DNA of 64,000 nucleotides from Octopus sinensis (lineage: Eukaryota). A program made the position numbers and the translations under genes. The notes under the pieces are model-generated. The model worked only from the letters and a program-made list of their open reading frames with translations. It searched no databases and was not told where the DNA came from. Location: positions 17,360,001 to 17,424,000 of the forward strand of contig NC_043007.1 in NCBI RefSeq assembly GCF_006345805.1, written 5' to 3'. Shown here one piece after another: positions 40,774-51,335 of the stretch; the stretch's first letter is position 1; the number at the start of each line of letters is the position of its first letter.

Positions 40774-43347
40774 AATGTGAGGCCCTGGTACAAGGTAAAT
40801 ATGAGACAGAATAGGAGAGGAGAGCAGAAAAGGTGGATGTATAGGAAAGTGCTCTGAGTAGAAATAGTGTGATATATATATATATGTGTATTTTAAATGG
40901 CCATTGTGACTTGTCCATGCTGCGAATGTTTCAGTTTCTACTCACATCCTCAGGCAAAACTTCTTGCCAAACCAGTACATCTGGTAAATACAAATTGACC
41001 TTGGAAAAATATATAAACAAATAAAAAACATGTAAGTAAATAGCTAGATTTAAGTCAGTTTAAAAACAATTATTTAACCCTTTCTTATCTTTAATTAATC
41101 TTGATGCAACATGGTTACAAACAATACTAATATTTCATATTGGTAGTAACTCTCCTCATTTAGGCAGGTGAGGCAGATAACAGGTCTCACATGCAAATTT
41201 GTCTTCATATTCTGTCAGGTCAGATGTGGGGGACATGCACCATTGCAGTGCATCGCTGCAGTCACCATTTGTTGGCACATTCCTGGGTCTTCCTAGGTGA
41301 CCCACTAAGCAACCTCTCCTCAACATACTTCCTAATCTGCCATGACCATGTGGCATGTGGTTGACCAATACAAGCCATCAGCAGTGAGCTGGCAGAAACG
41401 TTAGCACGCCGGGCGAAATGCGTAGCCGTATTTCGTCTGCCGTTACGTTCTGGGTTCAAATTCCGCCGAGGTCGACTTTGCCTTTCATCCTTTCAGGGTC
41501 GATAAATTAAATACCAGTTACGCACTGGGGTCGATGTAATCGACTGAATACCTTTGTCTGTCCTTGTTTATCCCCTCTATGTTTAGCCCCTTGTGGGCAA
41601 TAAAGAAATAAGAAGCAAACATACACAAACATACACACATACAGAAATATACACATACAAAGAATAGAGAAAGAGAGAGTGTGTGAGAGAGAGAGAGAGA
41701 CATTATACATACATACAAACATAACTTAGATGCTCATACACACAAACAGAAAGAGAGATGAAAGAGAATGAGAGAAACATTAAAATACCTGATTTCAAAT
41801 TAAGTTAGTGTCGAATCAACGACACCAAAATAGGTGGTACCAAAAGGGCAACACTAAATAGGCAGCACCAAAATGGCTGTGCTAAAATACTTCATGCCCA
41901 GTCAATAGATGGCTTCTGGTAACATGACATTTCTAACTCTTGAACATTCTCAGATTATCAAAGTTGTTCCACTTTCTTTGAATATTACTATATTCTACAT
42001 AATACATTTAATGTTTCCTTTCTTGTTTTTCTAGGGAGAAGCCCTTGTCTTTGCTCCAACACGAAAAAACAGTTTTAATGAATTTCTTCACTTAGCATCT
42101 TCCGTATTTCTTTGTTCTGTAGCAGAGAGGTATGATGATGATGTGTGGAATCGTCATCTGGAGGTAAGTTGGACTCATTTCTAACCTTAAGCACTTTCCT
42201 CTATTTCTCTCCTCGCAGGCATAGGATCAGACTGGTCTGTCATCAACGTCTATGATAGACCTCATGGATCAAATGTCTTCCAATAGAGGAGTCATTGGCT
42301 GGCTGGCTGGTACTATTTGCCAGTGGGGGATAGCTAGAGAGATCATTTGGGTTCTACTTGATAGTGTCCTTTTAACAACATCCTTGGCATCAAATAAAAT
42401 CACTGTATATACTCAAGTAACAGTCGAATTTTTAAACCAAGTTTGGAGATTAAAAGGCAAAGTCGACCTCGGCTGAATCTGTACTCAGAATGTAAAGACA
42501 GACAAAATACCACTAAGCATGCTAATGATTCTGCCAGCCTTCCATATTTTCTCATCTAAAAATCTCATGTGTAATTACTTCACATCTCTTGAGTCACAGA
42601 TTCAGTTACATTTCTTTATTTTTGTAACAGCACCATTAATTCAGAGATTGTGTTCCCTTCAACTAAACTATTTTCTATGAGAAATGATGTACCTGAATTA
42701 TCTGTAATTGTAACCAAGCCAACAAATGCTCAATGGAAAGGCCTCCTTCTTGGATTGTTACGGTTAGGGTTTGTGCATTCCTTCATCTAGACATCATGTG
42801 ATGGTTGTAATTGAGCATCACCACTATACTAACAAGGTTGTTTAGTTCGAGACTTCTGTGAAAAACATGTCTAGCTATGGAGAAATATACCTTGCTAGAA
42901 AACCAGTTAGGGTTGGTTACAGGAAGGGCATCAAGCTGTAAAAGAACCTACCTCAACAAATTCCTTCTTACTTATGTGAGCATAGAAAAGTGGACACGAA
43001 AATGACGATGATTACGATATATATACACAGATATATACATGCATACACAACATATGTTCACACTTTCTCTCTATCACACACACACACACACACACACCAC
43101 ACACACACATATGTATCTTTGCTTCTGACTAACTCAGCATTCCAATGAGCTAATAAAACAAGATCATCCTATTAATGTGTAGACGTATTGATTTTATCTC
43201 ATACATATACATGCACATACATATATGTATGAATGTGTGTGTGTATTATATATTATATATTTATATACACACGCACACACATATATATGAACGTGTGTGT
43301 AGGTGTGTGTGTACACACAAACACACATATATATATAGATATGATGA

Positions 43348-43424
<77 letters not shown>

Positions 43425-43446
43425 CATATATATATTATATATTACA

Positions 43447-43502
<56 letters not shown>

Positions 43503-43567
43503 CATATATATTATATATATATATATACAATATATATATATACATATAATATATATAGATATATATA

Positions 43568-43598
<31 letters not shown>

Positions 43599-43615
43599 AT
43601 TATATATATATATAC

Positions 43616-43648
<33 letters not shown>

Positions 43649-43786
43649 GACATATTATATTATATATACATATATGTATATATACATATATAATATAATA
43701 TATATAATAATATAACATATACATATACACATATACATATACATATACTATATATATATTACATATATATATACATATATATATAC

Positions 43787-43836
<50 letters not shown>

Positions 43837-43856
43837 ATATATTTATATGCACACAC

Positions 43857-43914
<58 letters not shown>

Positions 43915-44166
43915 TTTATATAGGGAGAGAGAGAGAATTTGATAAACATTTACCATTTCCTTCATTATCTTTAGTTGTCAATCTGTATTTTTTCCTTTAT
44001 TTGTATTTTTATTTATTCACTTTTATATATATTTATTTTCCCCCCCTCACAGCTACAGTGCCACAACAGTAATATCTACAACAAAGATTTACACTACCCA
44101 GTCATGATGCTACTTCAGAAGCCAGACGACAGCTCTAATCATCAGATAGATACATTACCAAACTAA
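16798..44166 (+). CDS. CAMKMT: Calmodulin-lysine N-methyltransferase, 3' part (8 coding exons visible; 5' exons not in window; apparent 1-nt frameshift in exon at 37825-37887)
   Basis: Manual splicing gives (C)[121 protein letters not shown][fs][87 protein letters not shown]. This matches CAMKMT motifs as I recall them ([32 protein letters not shown], DxIxCADC, FAP, LHYP). All junctions are AG/GT and phase-compatible except for the single missing base. Confidence 0.95.
17121..17513 (+). mobile_element. (TGA)n-tailed non-coding retroposon family D with internal tandem subrepeats
   Basis: ...aagcacccactacactc..gagtggttggcgttaggaagggcatccagctgtagaaact...catgctagcatggaaag.ggacgttaaacg(atg)n. Other copies at about 24061-24483, 34261-34730, 38186-38699, 53572-53878 and 14566-14830(-). 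Confidence 0.75.
18057..18111 (+). CDS. CAMKMT: CAMKMT coding exon (55 nt): [21 protein letters not shown]-binding motif I
   Basis: ttttcttcag acceptor, GTAAGT donor, [11 protein letters not shown] glycine-rich motif. Confidence 0.96.
19282..19868 (+). mobile_element. 5'-truncated RTE-like LINE 3' end with one frameshift and a (TGA)n tail
   Basis: [46 protein letters not shown] / [24 protein letters not shown]. Confidence 0.88.
20982..21210 (+). mobile_element. 3' UTR fragment of the Tx1/L1-like LINE, inverted relative to 22523-22737
   Basis: attgacatttctgtgataa...gctctaccttgtaatttgtcc.gtctgtgtgcagcc.tgtgtggctaataaagaaacatatct. Confidence 0.8.
21317..21810 (-). mobile_element. CR1/L2-type LINE 3' end with (ATT)n tail
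   Basis: [43 protein letters not shown]. Confidence 0.85.
22264..22527 (+). repeat. (GATA)n microsatellite abutting the LINE 3' end
   Basis: Seen directly. Confidence 0.95.
22523..23350 (-). mobile_element. Tx1/L1-like LINE 3' end (CCHC zinc knuckle, C-terminus, 3' UTR)
   Basis: [26 protein letters not shown]...[11 protein letters not shown]...FKKRW, followed by a 3' UTR with AATAAA. Confidence 0.85.
23441..23711 (+). mobile_element. tRNA-headed SINE (head E-type, tail T3) with 10-bp TSD
   Basis: tggcttagtgg A-box, ggtttcgattcc B-box; aatgtttaaa at 23431-23440 and 23712-23721. Confidence 0.8.
25321..25384 (+). CDS. CAMKMT: CAMKMT coding exon (64 nt): [21 protein letters not shown](N)
   Basis: tcatttacag acceptor, GTAAGT donor, TDGNE post-I motif, phases 0/1 fit neighbours. 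Confidence 0.93.
26913..27142 (-). mobile_element. SINE family A nested in a family C SINE, 15-bp TSD
   Basis: cttctttcagtttct at 26898-26912 and 27143-27157. Confidence 0.85.
27552..28230 (+). repeat. (GT)n plus long (ATGT/ATGC)n compound microsatellite
   Basis: Seen directly. Confidence 0.95.
28656..28701 (-). ncRNA. Second hammerhead motif with a disrupted stem II
   Basis: gacac CTGAAGA a ggcta gagggtatat caggc GAAA tg tt gtgtt; stem II has two mismatches. Confidence 0.45.
28933..28978 (+). ncRNA. Minimal type I hammerhead ribozyme motif
   Basis: Stem I gacac (28933-28937)/gtgtt (28974-28978); core CTGAAGA (28938-28944) plus an extra A; stem II ggctg/cagcc; GAAA (28966-28969); minimal stem III t-g; GTT cleavage triplet ending at 28973. 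Confidence 0.65.
29385..29451 (+). CDS. CAMKMT: CAMKMT coding exon (67 nt): (N)[21 protein letters not shown](R)
   Basis: tctgttttag acceptor, ag|GTAATC donor, open frame with phases 1/2 fitting both neighbours. Confidence 0.88.
30278..30563 (+). mobile_element. tRNA-headed SINE (head E, tail T4)
   Basis: gtgaaggcgcatggctcagtggttagagc..gagttcgaatccc; same family as 45301-45641. Confidence 0.8.
31705..31937 (+). mobile_element. SINE family A, full-length monomer
   Basis: Complete head to aataaagaaata tail. Confidence 0.85.
32139..32213 (+). CDS. CAMKMT: CAMKMT coding exon (75 nt): (R)[24 protein letters not shown](C)
   Basis: ccttacag acceptor, GTAAGT donor, LRW and FDYILCADC motif II. Confidence 0.95.
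32573..32966 (-). mobile_element. Non-autonomous Helitron-type element, copy 2
   Basis: Minus strand a|TC...cctgagcaacgccggg hairpin...CTAG|t, fitting the A|TC...CTRR|T rule; no TSD. Confidence 0.8.
33283..33396 (+). mobile_element. Short RTE-type LINE fragment
   Basis: [30 protein letters not shown] resembles the RTE C-terminal motif L..FH..CLR.IL.I.W.D.V.N.EVL. Confidence 0.5.
33690..33996 (-). mobile_element. SINE with E-type head and T1 tail
   Basis: Head ggtgcatggcttagtgg..gagttcgattcc; tail gggccagccttgtcac..tgtgtcatgctgaatatccc as in 5998-6130. Confidence 0.7.
36591..37044. mobile_element. MITE with about 29-bp TIRs and probable 9-bp TSD (Mutator-like), containing a telomere-like TTAGGG tract
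   Basis: ggatgttttccggtttgaacggcagttttt / aaaaactgccgttcaaaccgaaaagatcc; flanks ctgtctata and ctgtctgta. Confidence 0.7.
37825..37887 (+). CDS. CAMKMT: CAMKMT coding exon (63 nt as assembled, 64 expected): [14 protein letters not shown] / NYLLKPG with apparent 1-nt deletion
   Basis: gcctttctag acceptor, GTAAGT donor at 37888. The entry frame hits TGA at 37877-37879; adding one A near 37867-37868 restores ...TLNYLLKPG. Confidence 0.88.
39992..40297 (-). mobile_element. SINE family B head with T3 tail
   Basis: Head as 5783; tail gagtaatgctgcaatggactggcgtcccgtccagctgggg..aaccgggaaactggg as in 23583-23690. Confidence 0.78.
41381..41611 (+). mobile_element. SINE family A, full-length monomer
   Basis: Complete head to aataaagaaata tail. 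Confidence 0.85.
42035..42163 (+). CDS. CAMKMT: CAMKMT coding exon (129 nt): [43 protein letters not shown]
   Basis: gtttttctag acceptor, gag|GTAAGT donor, AxVFAPxR and YD motifs. Confidence 0.95.
43340..43915. repeat. Long degenerate (TA)n/(TACA)n array in the last CAMKMT intron
   Basis: Seen directly. Confidence 0.9.
44053..44166 (+). CDS. CAMKMT: CAMKMT last coding exon: [37 protein letters not shown]
   Basis: cccccctcacag acceptor, IY..DLHYP motif, TAA stop at 44164-44166. Confidence 0.92.
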   Translation, partial: LQCHNSNIYNKDLHYPVMMLLQKPDDSSNHQIDTLPN

Positions 44167-44303
44167 AAGAAGAAAAAAAATTAACATATAGCTGTTTTAA
44201 CATATTTTAACATATATTAACATATATTACTGATATGGGTAAATGGAAAGAAACACGTCAGACTCGATGACAAGAAAATTGAATGAAAAAAAGAAAAGAG
44301 ATT

Positions 44304-44309
44304 ATTAAA
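44304..44309 (+). terminator. Candidate polyadenylation signal (ATTAAA) for CAMKMT
   Basis: First variant hexamer about 140 nt after the stop, followed by T/GT-rich sequence; unverified. Confidence 0.25.
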
Positions 44310-44502
44310 AGGACTTGTTTTTAATATTTTTTTTTGTTACAAGTGATTGTTATTGCTTCTGTTTTCCAAGTTATCAGAAGAATTGCCTCGGCATATATTT
44401 CAAATGCAAATCTAAATTGTTAACTGGATTGCAGTTCTTGTTATTCTTCTGTGAATCATTTTTGTTAAGTAATGGTGCTCTGAGCCTGAACATAAAGAAC
44501 TA

Positions 44503-44567
<65 letters not shown>

Positions 44568-45134
44568 TACACACCAAGCACACACACACATACACATACA
44601 CACCAAGCACACACTCTAAGCACACCACACACTCTAAGCACACCACACACTCTAAGCACACCACACACTCACACAGACACAGACACACACACACAGACAC
44701 ACACATACTCATACACGCCAAGCACACACACACCAATTTCACACACACCAAGCACATACCACACACTCACATAGACATACACACACACATACAGAGTCCA
44801 TGTACATCCACACATTGACACACACCACACATATGCACACACACACACACACACACACACATTCCAAGTACATTCACACATCCACACACGAAACTCTTTA
44901 AAATCCTTTTACAGTTTTCAGTCATTGGAATGTGACCATACTGGTGCATCTTCGGTGTTTTTTATTGACCATACCAATCCCAGTTCTTATTTTACTTATT
45001 TCACTGTGGTACATATTTTATCAGTCTCTGTTTCTCAAATTGCCAAGTTATCTTTTGATGTAAATGTATGCATCTTGTTGAATGCAGAAAACACCCAGAC
45101 ATATACCTGTATCAGTGTTCATACCTATCTATCA

Positions 45135-45182
<48 letters not shown>

Positions 45183-45225
45183 TTGTCTATTTGTCTCTCT
45201 TTATATATATATATATATATATACA

Positions 45226-45281
<56 letters not shown>

Positions 45282-45300
45282 TATATAATATATATATAAT

Positions 45301-45641
45301 GTGAAGGCGCATGGCTCAGTGGTTAGAGCATCGAGCTTACGATCGTTGAGGTTGTGAGCTCGAATCCCGGACCGGCTGCGTGTTGTGTTCTTGAGCAAGA
45401 CACTTTATTTCACGTTGTCCAGTTCACTCAGCTGTAGAATGAGTTGCGACGTCACAGGTGCCAAGCTGTATCGGCCCCTTTAACTTTCCTTGGATAACAC
45501 TGGTGGCGTGGAGAGGGAGGCTGGTATGCATGGGCGACTGCTGGTCTTCCATAAAACAACCTTGCCCAGACTTGTGCCTCAGAGGGTAACTCTCTAGGTG
45601 CAAACCCATGGTCACTCATGACCGAAGGGGGTCTTTACCCT
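45301..45641 (+). mobile_element. tRNA-headed SINE (head E, tail T4), full length
   Basis: A/B boxes; tail gaagggggtctttaccc. Confidence 0.8.
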
Positions 45642-45748
45642 TTATATATATATATAATATATTATATATATTAATATATATATATGAATATATATTATAT
45701 ATAATATATATATATATTATATATATATATTATATATATATATATATA

Positions 45749-45896
45749 CACTTATTTAAAAGCAGCAGAAATATAACAATAGCATATTTAAGAGGATTAC
45801 TCAGAGTTCACATTCCTGTTCGTCTATCCGATGAATGGGAACGTGGAACTCTGAGTAACAGCTTTTGTTATATTTCTGCTGCTTTTAAATAAAGTG
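45749..45896. repeat. Fold-back element with two head-to-head degenerate hammerhead motifs
   Basis: Outer arms 45749-45779 / 45865-45896, inner arms 45797-45824 / 45830-45858. Confidence 0.75.
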
Positions 45897-46071
45897 TTAC
45901 TCTACCTCTGGTATTTGAGTACTCTTTTTTTCCACTTTGTTTCACATTTATGTGCTTACTCCAGTATATATGTATATATATATAGGTAGATAGATAGATA
46001 TATTTGTATGTATCTGTACTCACATACATGTATATATGTATGTATGTATATATATATAGGTAGGTAGGTAT

Positions 46072-46318
46072 GTATTCTACAGAAAATAAAGGAATTCTCA
46101 AACGCAGGAGGGCTGTGAATATGGCTTTAGAAAATCAGGTACTTGCACTTTAGAAGATGGTAAAATGTGGCCGGCAAACCTTCAAAGGGAAGGCTTGCTG
46201 GCCACATTTTACTGTCTTCTAAAGAGTATTTACCCGACAGAAAATCAAGGATACAACTTAGAAAAGGTTGCATTCATAGCCCCCGCTGCATTTGAGAATT
46301 CCTTTTACCGTAGAGTAC
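46072..46318. repeat. Nested fold-back element
   Basis: Inner arms 46148-46183 / 46189-46224, outer arms 46072-46120 / 46272-46318. Confidence 0.8.
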
Positions 46319-46530
46319 TGACATTCTTGGTACTTATAAGTTTGTGTATAACATCATATTATTATGGCATATTTAAGAGGATTACTGAGTTTCTTCTGAC
46401 ATTGAGCAAAAAGTACTGCAACACTGTCACCAAGAATACCCCAGCCTTCCTGTTTATACATTTTCATGGCATCCAAGAGAAATCCTTCTGCTTTCTGGGG
46501 GCTTTCTTGTTTCATGTAAAATTCAGCAAC

Positions 46531-46770
46531 ATTATATTATATTACATATTATATTATATTATATTACATATTGTATATTATACTATATTGTATTGTATTA
46601 TATTATATTATATTATATTATATCATATTATATTATATTATATATTATATCATTATATTACATTACATTATATTATATTATATTTATATTATATCATATT
46701 ATATTACATATTATATTGCATATTATATTATATTATATTATATTATATTATATTATATTATATTATACTA
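46531..46770 (+). repeat. (ATATT)n pentanucleotide array
   Basis: Seen directly. Confidence 0.9.
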
Positions 46771-47270
46771 TACATGATATGTACTAATTCCTTGCCAATC
46801 TAAGAAAGATCACTCTGCCAAAAAGCACATGTTCAGTTTCTGATTCTATTACATTATTATACTATACTGAGATATTCCTTGAGTCCAAGCTATAATTTTT
46901 CCTGCTATTATTGGTTGTGTAATATTCTTTCACCTCATTCATCTTTTGTGTTGTTTCTCATTACCTTCAATGTCAGTGAGTTTAATGAAATCAGTTTTCA
47001 GAAGCAAAAGACAAAAAAAAAACCTGTGATAGTTTGTCATGGACGGTCCCAATCAAATTTGAATTGTTTGTTTAAAAGAAAAATATCTTCTTTTCCTTTT
47101 CATTATTTTCTTAATTACCAGAGAAAAGAAAAAAATACTGAATATGAATGAAAGAAAAAAACAGGAAAAATTCCTTTAAATATTGAATTAGAGCTGATTA
47201 TATATTGTATGTGTTTAAGTGTATGTACATACTTACAGATATATATATATATATATATATATATAGATAT

Positions 47271-47302
<32 letters not shown>

Positions 47303-47399
47303 CATACATATATACATACATATATACACACACATACACATAAATATTTTACAATGAAAATGAGTGGTCAACACCGCATTGGGGGATAAAGATTATTTA

Positions 47400-47578
47400 T
47401 TTGTGTATTAAGGCTACCATTGGTTTCATGTTAAGGAATACCTCTACAATTATCAAGTCATCTCCATTTTGGATTAAAACTTTCAAAGTGGAGGTGAACA
47501 CCAATATTCCATGTAACAGGCTTGATAATTGCTAAAGGCTTCCTTAGCATGGAACCAATGGTAGCCTTAATACACAAA
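47400..47578. repeat. About 60-bp-arm inverted repeat
   Basis: tttgtgtattaaggctaccattggtttcatgttaaggaa.. / ..ttccttagcatggaaccaatggtagccttaatacacaaa. Confidence 0.8.
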
Positions 47579-47898
47579 GCGTGGGTGTGTATAGATATAT
47601 ATATATATGTATGCTTAATGAAAAGGTTAATATTTAAAATACCAGGGAAAACTTTTAATTTTACAACTCATTATTGTTTATTACAGGCATTCTGGGAAAA
47701 AACATGTTGAATATGTCACTGAAATTTTTCTCAAATTTAAACTTGCGTGACTCTGAAATAGTTCATATCCATACAGTATCCTTATTCCATGTGTACTTGT
47801 CCCTTGTAATGATTATGTCTGTGGATCATATATTGATCATTCTAATAATTCTATAATTATTAACATCTGTTTATATATATATATATATATATATATAG

Positions 47899-47942
<44 letters not shown>

Positions 47943-48186
47943 ATATATTTAATTAGCAGAACCTTGAGGGAAATAACAATATTGACTCACTGTGACTGTC
48001 TTCTCATTGATCCACAGGTTAGTGAGCAGCATAAACTGAATGACGATAGATTTTATCACCCACACACACATGCACACACCCACACACATGTACACACCCA
48101 CGCACACACGCACACACCCACACTCACACATACGCATAGATGCAACCTATGGAGTACTTACAAAACATATAACAAGTATATGTATG

Positions 48187-48221
<35 letters not shown>

Positions 48222-48785
48222 TAACTCTCTTATATTTATATATATATATATATATATATAATATACACACACACACACACATATATGTATATATGTAATA
48301 TATACATGATATATATATATATATATAAGTTAGAGAAAAACGACTATTATGCAATTCAAACAATGATAGGCATAAACCAAATCTTAAATAAAAAATAAAA
48401 TATATTTTAAAACATATAACTAGATCACAATATATTTATATTGTGCAATTTGATTTAATACTAAATTGAATTTTTCCCTGTAAGTTTGGAGTTATACTCC
48501 CTAATACTATTATTATTATAACATATATATATATATATGCATATACATACACATATATGTATGTCATATACATAACTACATATTTCAAGGATGAGCTTTG
48601 TTAATTTGATATGTTTTGCCATGTTTTTTTATATCATCTTAATTGTTGTTTTTTATTTTATTTTTGGCAGGGTTTCATTTCTTTCTTTTTTTTTTTTCTT
48701 CTGTAATTTATACTTATCTATCATTCCCCTTCACACCAATCCTTTTTCAACCATCACAATGCCACGCCCCCACACCACCACCACC

Positions 48786-48816
<31 letters not shown>

Positions 48817-48926
48817 TCTCTATTATTCTAGTTATTTACTGCCCCCCTCCTCCATAACCCTACACCATTCCACGCCTCCTCTGCACCACCCCTTCCTCTC
48901 TCATCCTTCCTTTTCTTGAGTTCAAC

Positions 48927-48969
<43 letters not shown>

Positions 48970-49826
48970 GATACAGAAAATCTCACATACACAGAGGCCC
49001 GTACATTCTACAAAACAGTGAAATCAGTTTGATTTCCATCTCTTCACCTCTCCTTGCTTTGTCTGAATATAAATAACAAAAACTCTTGAAGATTTCCATT
49101 GTTTCCATTCCAAAATGCCAAAGGGTGACACCCTCAACCCATTAGACTTTAATTCTGTTTGTTACTACGTTTAGTTCTGTTTGTACTGTTTGTTTCTCAC
49201 CCAAAGATGAAACCTTAACCAAAGAGCTGTTTACTTGGCACTCGCACCGAGGGAGATGTGTTGGGCTTTTCTATGCCGGCATTCTTGTAATGTTTACTGC
49301 AGAAACATTCTGAGAGTAAACATTCATCAAAAGCATCTTATCACATTCCATACCATGATATTCTTCTGCTTGCAGACTCTCATCTCTCATCTATTACTGT
49401 GGTCATATAGGTAACCTTAAGTTTGTTTTTCGTAAACTACTAAGTTGTTACCAAGTGAAATAGTCAAGTAGATTAGCTATGATATTGTGTTGCCACCGTC
49501 ACAAAGGTATTGAGTTCAAGTTCTCTTCAGGCACTTTGGTTGTGTATATGTGATGGTATGGTGTAGAACACTAAATTCTACAATGACTCAGATGTGAGGA
49601 ATAGGTACCAGATGTGAGGAATAGGTACCAGATCGTCTGCGAATGTCACCTGCGGTAGACTGTTGTCTTAACCAAAGAAAGATTTTGCTCACATCTAAGT
49701 AGTGTACCTGTCTTTAAAAAAAAATACCACTTCATTGTCCATGAGGTATTCTACACTTTACCTTATATTCTTGGGACCTCACTGAACACTTTGTCCCTAT
49801 GCAAATGTATCAAAAGATACAAATGC

Positions 49827-49888
<62 letters not shown>

Positions 49889-49908
49889 ATATATATATAT
49901 ATATATAT

Positions 49909-49959
<51 letters not shown>

Positions 49960-50212
49960 TGTTTCTCTCTTCTTCTTTCTGTATTAGATAAACCCAGTGG
50001 AAACCTTACTTTGTTCAGCATGGTCAGCTAACGAAATACCAGCACTGTAAACTTCCCTCTTGCCGTTTCTTATTCACATAATTATGGACTGGGGCATTGA
50101 AAATTTAATGCTATTCCCTGTGATGCAATATTGACCCAAGAAGAGAAAGGGCGGTCATCAGAAAGATGCTGCCAGCCATGACCACTCCAATTCCATGAAG
50201 ATTATAGTAGAA

Positions 50213-50222
50213 ACTACAACTA

Positions 50223-50310
<88 letters not shown>

Positions 50311-50417
50311 CACCACCACCACTACTACTACCACCACCACCACCACCACCACTACTACTACCACCACCACCACCACCACTACTACTACCACCACCACCAC
50401 CACCACTACTACCACTA

Positions 50418-50462
<45 letters not shown>

Positions 50463-50514
50463 ACTACTACTACTACTACTACTACCGCCACTACTACTAC
50501 TACTACTACTACTG
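50213..50514 (+). repeat. Compound (ACT)n/(ACC)n microsatellite
   Basis: Seen directly. Confidence 0.95.
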
Positions 50515-51075
50515 AGATAGTACAGAGTTAGACTAGCTATGTTTTACAGTTTGTAGCATCTGGTTAATTTATTAGGATCACATTTCTAAGCTGAAATGTC
50601 GTTACCATATGGTTTCCCAAATTAAGTAGTATTAATAATAATAATAAATGGTGGGGGGAAAGATCTGTGCTCAACCCACTTATATTACTGCTACACCTAC
50701 CCGTTTACTCTGTCACCCTTTCTCATTCACAAAAAAAAAAAAAAAAAGCAGTCATTGTGAATGTAAGATGAGAATATTCTAAGTTAACTCAACAAATCAG
50801 ATTGTCAGAGGAAGACAGACAGAAATAATGAGTTGATCTTCTCAAAGCGGAGGTGGGGAATGTTTATTTTAGCACCTGGGGGAAATTGCAGGTGTATAAG
50901 GATCTGCTGAGAAAAACAATGGATTTTCAAATTCTAAGAGTGAAACTTGTACTTAATTTATTGCTTTGGTCTTGAAGCATAAACCATTTTTCTTTTCCTA
51001 TGGATTTTATAGACTTTGTCAATTAGCGGTTTCAGATTTGAGTGCAAATAATCATTTACTTCATTCTCCAACATC

Positions 51076-51335
51076 CATGGGCCTGGGAACAGGGGGTGCA
51101 GTAGATGCAAGCGCACCTCCTAAAATTTTTGGTGGCTGTTAAATCAAAATTTGCAGCCCCTAAAAACGGCATAAAAAGTGATCTGTGAAAAGTAGCTTCA
51201 AGTTAGGCTTCTTCTCAAAGAAAACAAAAACAAAAATAGATAAATAAATAAATAAAAACAATAAGACCTTGTTTGTAAAAAAAATGTTGGACCTGGATTT
51301 GCACCCCCTAAACAAATTTCACTCCCGAGCCAGTG
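51076..51335. mobile_element. hAT-like MITE with 8-bp TSD
   Basis: TSD ccaacatc at 51068-51075 and 51336-51343; imperfect TIRs catgggcctggga / tcccgagccagtg. Confidence 0.7.

Noticed and set aside
46165-46803. 212-aa ORF
   Set aside because: It runs through a fold-back repeat and the (ATATT)n array; no domain signature
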